The notes under the pieces are model-generated. The model made no database searches. It was given only the letters and a program-made list of their open reading frames with translations, and was not told the origin of the DNA. Made by a program: the position numbers and the translations under genes. Shown piece after piece: positions 54,507 to 64,000 of a DNA stretch of 64,000 nt (within the stretch, counting starts at the first letter, position 1; each line of letters starts with the position of its first letter). Source of the DNA: Escherichia phage vB_EcoM_P8; sequence record PV390659.2; one strand, written 5' to 3'.

Positions 54507-56486
54507 TTAACCTGCAAGACCAGTTAACTCATCGAAATCTGCACCTGTAGCAGTTGCTACGAAGTTCAAGGTAATGTAGTTAATGCTTCTAGCCGGTTGG
54601 ATGTAGAATGTTGCAACAAACTCATTTCTATCAATTACTGACGGAGTGTTATTTGTTGTATCGCAAACTACACGATATTCATAAATTCCACCGAGAGCTT
54701 TAATTCCCTGCAAGTATTGGGCAGTTTCTGTGCGGAATGATGAACGAGTAAACGCGTTGTTTAATTCGAACAAACGATATTTTGAACTACGTCCGATATT
54801 CGTTTTCAACATATTAAACAGACGACGAACGTTAATACGATCAAATGGAGAAGGAACAGAAGTAGCTGTTTTATCACCATATAATACGTAACCATCACCA
54901 CCTGTACCGGTTACCGGGTTGATAGCTTCTTGGTATAAACGGTCGCGCTGCGCCTGGCGAGTTTCAATAGCAAGTTTAATAACGTTAAGAATCTGGCCAC
55001 GATTATAACCAGCTGGAGACATCCAAGTCTGAGAAACGTTATCGGTTCTTGCACATAAACCGGCAATATCAGCTGCTAATGGAACCCAGCGATTGACATC
55101 ATTATATTTGTCATACTGATATTTGTAGTTACCATCAATTGCTGCGTAGGTTGAACTGATATTAAAGTTATTATCAGTGTATGAACCTGTTGCAGTTCTC
55201 CAATTGACTAAGTTATCAACAGCGCGAGTTACAGGAATTCCAACTACAGTTTCGCGCGGTGGTGAGCATAGTACTAAGCAATCCTGGCGAGCATCCCCAA
55301 TTGAAACGACGTGTTTTTGGACAGTAGATGCTGTTTCTAAAGATTCACCGGCACAAGAACCCGCAATAAACAACTGAACGTCAACAGATTCACGGTCAGC
55401 AAAGAAGTCCCAGGCTTCCATTAAATCTCCTGCTGTTACTTCAGCATTTGATGATAATCCACCAGACAGAGTTAAAATTCCAGAGAATCCTTCTGGCCAG
55501 TTTTGTGCAGTTGCGAAAATATATTCTGAACCGCCTTTTGCGAAAAAGTCATCAATGTAGATGTTACTATCGTAAATATCTTTTTCACCACGCTTTGTTG
55601 AAAGAACAATACTTTGAACAATAGCATCATTACGACGAACTATAATAGCGTATTGCGAATCAGTTTGTGGTCCATATCCAAACACCGCTTTGGCAGTAGA
55701 TGCACGTGTTCCGCCACCTGGATAAATTGGAAGTAATACAGAAGCACCTTTTGCGTAGTCAGCTTTAGATACGATTTCAATTTCGATTTTATCGCCCAAC
55801 TCGCCTGGATAAAGAGCTACTACTCCTGGAATTCCATATTTTTCGAGATTTGTTTGAAATTCAACCGCTGTCATAGCAGCTTCGGCATTTTCAATCTCAG
55901 CTAATAAAATACCGGAATCAGTAATAATTTTTCCAAGAGTTATTACTGCAGCTAAACCAGATGAAGACGAAGAAATTTCTGCGGTCCAGTTAGAACCTAG
56001 TTCTGGATATTCACCGACTTCTTTCGCTTTAGCGATAATTTTTGCAGTAGGAATATTAATTTTCTTAATTTTTCCATCAGCATCTACTTCGGTAATTTTA
56101 CCTTCCGTTTCAATGTCTTCTGAAACATACTTAACTGTGATTTTATCTCCAACCGCGTAGTTACTACCTGGGGTAGAAATAGTGTATTCAATATTACCAG
56201 CAATCGGAGATGAGTTTTTAGCGGTATCTCTATCGACAGCACGCACAACTCGCAAATCATTTCCATATTGTAAGAAATTCATTGCAGACATAAAATAGTC
56301 AGCAGTTTCAGCTGTAGGTTGACCAAAAGTATTAACTAAATCTACTTCATTTGTAACCTGTTTGATCTGAAAAGCAGGACCCCACTGGAATTTACCGGCC
56401 AAAGCTGCTGTACCAGTAGAGTTATTAACCACGGTGCTTTGAACCGTAGTTTCTTTGAGCTCAATGCCCGGAGATAATAAAGTCAT
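54507..56486 (-). CDS. 18: Tail sheath protein gp18
   Basis: 659 aa, equal to T4 gp18. Confidence 0.9.
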   Translation of the reverse strand: MTLLSPGIELKETTVQSTVVNNSTGTAALAGKFQWGPAFQIKQVTNEVDLVNTFGQPTAETADYFMSAMNFLQYGNDLRVVRAVDRDTAKNSSPIAGNIEYTISTPGSNYAVGDKITVKYVSEDIETEGKITEVDADGKIKKINIPTAKIIAKAKEVGEYPELGSNWTAEISSSSSGLAAVITLGKIITDSGILLAEIENAEAAMTAVEFQTNLEKYGIPGVVALYPGELGDKIEIEIVSKADYAKGASVLLPIYPGGGTRASTAKAVFGYGPQTDSQYAIIVRRNDAIVQSIVLSTKRGEKDIYDSNIYIDDFFAKGGSEYIFATAQNWPEGFSGILTLSGGLSSNAEVTAGDLMEAWDFFADRESVDVQLFIAGSCAGESLETASTVQKHVVSIGDARQDCLVLCSPPRETVVGIPVTRAVDNLVNWRTATGSYTDNNFNISSTYAAIDGNYKYQYDKYNDVNRWVPLAADIAGLCARTDNVSQTWMSPAGYNRGQILNVIKLAIETRQAQRDRLYQEAINPVTGTGGDGYVLYGDKTATSVPSPFDRINVRRLFNMLKTNIGRSSKYRLFELNNAFTRSSFRTETAQYLQGIKALGGIYEYRVVCDTTNNTPSVIDRNEFVATFYIQPARSINYITLNFVATATGADFDELTGLAG

Positions 56487-56517
56487 TTTTAATCCTCTTT
56501 AATATGCTTTAATATAT

Positions 56518-59655
<3,138 letters not shown>

Positions 59656-59696
59656 GATTTCTCCTAATCTGGGCTTTAATTAGTTTATAATATTTA

Positions 59697-61398
<1,702 letters not shown>

Positions 61399-61400
61399 TT

Positions 61401-61427
61401 AAAAATCCTTTGGGGCCTTGCGGCCCC
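61401..61427 (-). terminator. Hairpin after wac
   Basis: GGGGCC-TTGC-GGCCCC followed on the - strand by AAAGGATTTTT. Confidence 0.5.
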
Positions 61428-61430
61428 ATG

Positions 61431-62888
61431 TTATGCTGGTGATAAAAAGGTAGAAAGTAATACCCATTCGCCGTCTTTACGAACGTAAGCTTGGCCATCT
61501 TTTGGAGCTTCAGGAATATAACCTGCTTCCTGTAAAGTCTGAACATCCCCATGTAATGAAGATACATTACTTTTAATACTACGCATTTCTTGATTAATAG
61601 AAGAAATGTTAGTTTCATTAGCTTTTATTGAATTAGTTAATCCACGCTCTTCTACTGTTGAACCATTTGGATTTGTGCCGCTTACTAGTTTATTTAGTGC
61701 AACAACTTGGCCTTTAATTCCAGTAGTGTTATTACCAATTTCAACTTGTAAGTTTTGAACATCATTGTTCAGTCTATTAACCGAGGTTTCAACAGTTGAA
61801 ACCCTATTTAAAAGAGACCCAGGAGGAGAAGGCTGACCTCCACTAGAATCAGTTCCAACGATTTGGTTTAGCCATGAAACGTTTGCTCGTAGTCCAGATG
61901 AAGTGTTTTCACCAACAATTCCATTTAAAAACTCGATAGATGTTGTATTATCTTTAATTCGACCTTTAATGCTAGAAGGAATATCATCTGAGCCAATTGT
62001 TGTTTCAATGACAGTCAATCGTTGTTTAATACCTCCGCTTTTATTTAGTTCATCATTTAAAGCTGAAATTTCTCGTGTATTAGTGTTAACATCTGTGATT
62101 ATTGAAGTATTTCCTGGATATCCAATAGAAGTTTTGATAGATTTAATTTCGGAACTAAGATTAATCTGCGATTGATCTAAATTATGAACACGTGAATATA
62201 TGCTTTCACTGAATGAAGATGGTCTTTGTCCAAGTTCTTGTCTAAGATTTCCGACTTCAATTGTCAGTGAACCTACATCAGATTCAATAAATTTTTCTTC
62301 CAAATCACTTAGACGTATTCCTTGGGAAGTTATAGCATCTGTATTATTAATGATGCGGTGCTTCATACCCGTGCTGCTATTTCCTACAACAGGAAGACCA
62401 TTAATGTCTTGCCCAGCATATTGTCCTAATTCCCTTTTAATCCATAACAAATCATTTCTAATCGTTCTATAAACTGAATTTGCTTGCGAATTAAATGGAC
62501 CAATATCAGAAAGAATATTATCAACCGTAGTATTTGTGCCATTTAATATATCAGTATGTTCATTCGTGAGTGTCTTTAAATTTGATATATCATTTTTATT
62601 AACACTGATCTGTGATAGCGCTTCTATATCTCCTGATACATCTAAAATGCCTTGAATGGTTTTAATATCTTCCTGAGATGTTTCAATGGCAGTTTTAAGA
62701 ATTCCTACATTTTCGTCGAGAACCTCGACATTTTTAAACACAGAAACAGTTGGTCTATTCATTGACCCATCGTTTCCATACTTAGTACTAGCTCCTAATA
62801 TTTCTTCACCATTTTTAATCCATGAAATACGTTCCTGACCTTCGCCAGGAACGCTATCAACAAAAGGTAACTCTTTTAATTCAATCAT
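61431..62888 (-). CDS. wac: Fibritin (whisker antigen control)
   Basis: 485 aa; coiled-coil heptads and C-terminal foldon ([27 protein letters not shown]). Confidence 0.9.
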   Translation of the reverse strand: MIELKELPFVDSVPGEGQERISWIKNGEEILGASTKYGNDGSMNRPTVSVFKNVEVLDENVGILKTAIETSQEDIKTIQGILDVSGDIEALSQISVNKNDISNLKTLTNEHTDILNGTNTTVDNILSDIGPFNSQANSVYRTIRNDLLWIKRELGQYAGQDINGLPVVGNSSTGMKHRIINNTDAITSQGIRLSDLEEKFIESDVGSLTIEVGNLRQELGQRPSSFSESIYSRVHNLDQSQINLSSEIKSIKTSIGYPGNTSIITDVNTNTREISALNDELNKSGGIKQRLTVIETTIGSDDIPSSIKGRIKDNTTSIEFLNGIVGENTSSGLRANVSWLNQIVGTDSSGGQPSPPGSLLNRVSTVETSVNRLNNDVQNLQVEIGNNTTGIKGQVVALNKLVSGTNPNGSTVEERGLTNSIKANETNISSINQEMRSIKSNVSSLHGDVQTLQEAGYIPEAPKDGQAYVRKDGEWVLLSTFLSPA

Positions 62889-62897
62889 TTGTAATCC

Positions 62898-64000
62898 TTA
62901 GTAATGAATTTTAATAATATAGTTTAATGATATATTCCATGGTCTAGTTTCATAACCAATTAATCCTTCACGATTAAGTGTACCAAGGGCATCTCTCGGT
63001 CCACCCAATTCAAATCCATCATTAGTGAAGTATGAAGCATTATCCCAGTCGGCATATTTTCTAGTTCCAAGATATCCTTGATAAACGGACGCGCCAAATG
63101 GAGCTTCATGTCTTTGGTATTCTCCCCAACCACCAGCGTGTTTATGGTATGACATTTGTTGTGCCTGAACACCACCAACATGCATTCCGTCACATCCTAC
63201 ACCAAGTCTATCCTTCCCATAGCCATCTTGTCCTCGTTGATTTAAAATATGACCGCCCGTGCCAGCTCCTCTAACAAAAAGACCTCGCATATCAGGAATG
63301 CCAGGGTTATTCCAATCACCACCAAATCTCGTTCCAACTGTGTTTCTATAATCAGGATATTGATCTCCTGACACGGTTCCACCATGGCACATAATCCAAC
63401 CCGGAGGTGCTGAATCTCCCGCAAACATCATAATAGTTCCAACTGGAACCCTTTCTGACGCATATCTTTCAGTGGCAACAGGTTGATCGCCATTTTTCCA
63501 CATTCCGCCGCGCGACCAAATTCCGTTTGCTGTAAGATGGTCTAAATTTAAAGAACCATTAATAGTTTGTCCACCACGAGTATTAATTACATCTGCGTTC
63601 CATGCTAATGCACCAGAGCTATCACCTTCAGGGGCAATACCGGCTTGCGTCGTTAATTTAACTACTCCACGCATAGAACCAGTAGCTCCTCGACCATTTA
63701 GTGTTTCACCTGTTACTGCAACATCTCCTAAATTACTGTTAACTTCCGATTGTGTTCCTAAACGTATAACACCCTTATATTCTTGTGTTGCAACAGAATT
63801 CATAAAGGTATACGGAGAAATTGCATATCCTTCGCGGAGAGTTCCTTGACGAGTTTGCGCAACAGTAGATAATTGAACTACACCTCTCACAGATTCTGAT
63901 GCAGTATCTTCGGAAGGAGCTATTTGTGAAATTAATTTTATTGCAAGTTTTTGCGTTTTTAATGGAGTCATTGCCGTAGTATCATCAACTCCAGCTAAAG
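62898..64000 (-). CDS. 12: Short tail fibre protein gp12, partial (C-terminal ~367 codons; N-terminus beyond window end)
   Basis: Frame is open upstream of the ORF-track Met to the window edge (...LAGVDDTTAMTPLKTQKLAIKL...), matching an internal region of T4 gp12. Confidence 0.85.
   Translation of the reverse strand, partial: LAGVDDTTAMTPLKTQKLAIKLISQIAPSEDTASESVRGVVQLSTVAQTRQGTLREGYAISPYTFMNSVATQEYKGVIRLGTQSEVNSNLGDVAVTGETLNGRGATGSMRGVVKLTTQAGIAPEGDSSGALAWNADVINTRGGQTINGSLNLDHLTANGIWSRGGMWKNGDQPVATERYASERVPVGTIMMFAGDSAPPGWIMCHGGTVSGDQYPDYRNTVGTRFGGDWNNPGIPDMRGLFVRGAGTGGHILNQRGQDGYGKDRLGVGCDGMHVGGVQAQQMSYHKHAGGWGEYQRHEAPFGASVYQGYLGTRKYADWDNASYFTNDGFELGGPRDALGTLNREGLIGYETRPWNISLNYIIKIHY

Noticed and set aside
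62960-63424. Two small - strand ORFs inside gene 12.
   Set aside because: Alternative frames inside the short tail fibre gene.

Overview
This 64-kb window reads as a contiguous segment of a T4-like (T-even) myovirus genome, colinear with the T4 map from gene 36 through gene 12 but in the opposite orientation. All gene identifications rest on reading the supplied translations against recalled T4 protein sequences, lengths and gene order; no database search was run. Order on the + strand: rnh, dsbA, 33, 59, 32, small frd.x ORFs, frd, td, nrdA, nrdB, denA, rnlA, alc, spanin pair, pseT, cd cluster, 31, rIII, 30.x cluster, DNA ligase (30), two tandem alt genes; then baseplate hub genes 54-48-29-28-27-51 (-), 26-25-uvsY (+), uvsW (-), inh-hoc-rnlB (+), and the head/neck/tail block 24-23-22-21-68-67-20-19-18-17-16-15-14-13-wac-12 (-). 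Long tail fibre genes 34, 35 and partial 36 sit at the left end on the - strand. No rRNA, no convincing tRNA, no CRISPR array and no integrase or transposase were seen. I did not find a self-contained novel system; the window is mostly well-characterised phage core. The points worth a second look are: td and nrdB are uninterrupted (no group I intron or intron endonuclease), and the segE and segD slots are empty; two full-length alt-like ADP-ribosyltransferase genes lie in tandem; a 68-aa ORF is wedged between frd and td, and there are more small ORFs between gene 32 and frd than I recall for T4; a ~400-bp GC-richer non-coding island follows rIII; a ~55-bp early promoter-leader element occurs twice, 15.5 kb apart; several early promoters have inverted repeats bracketing the -10 element. 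Promoter, terminator and RNA-structure calls are by eye from motifs and are not energy-scored.
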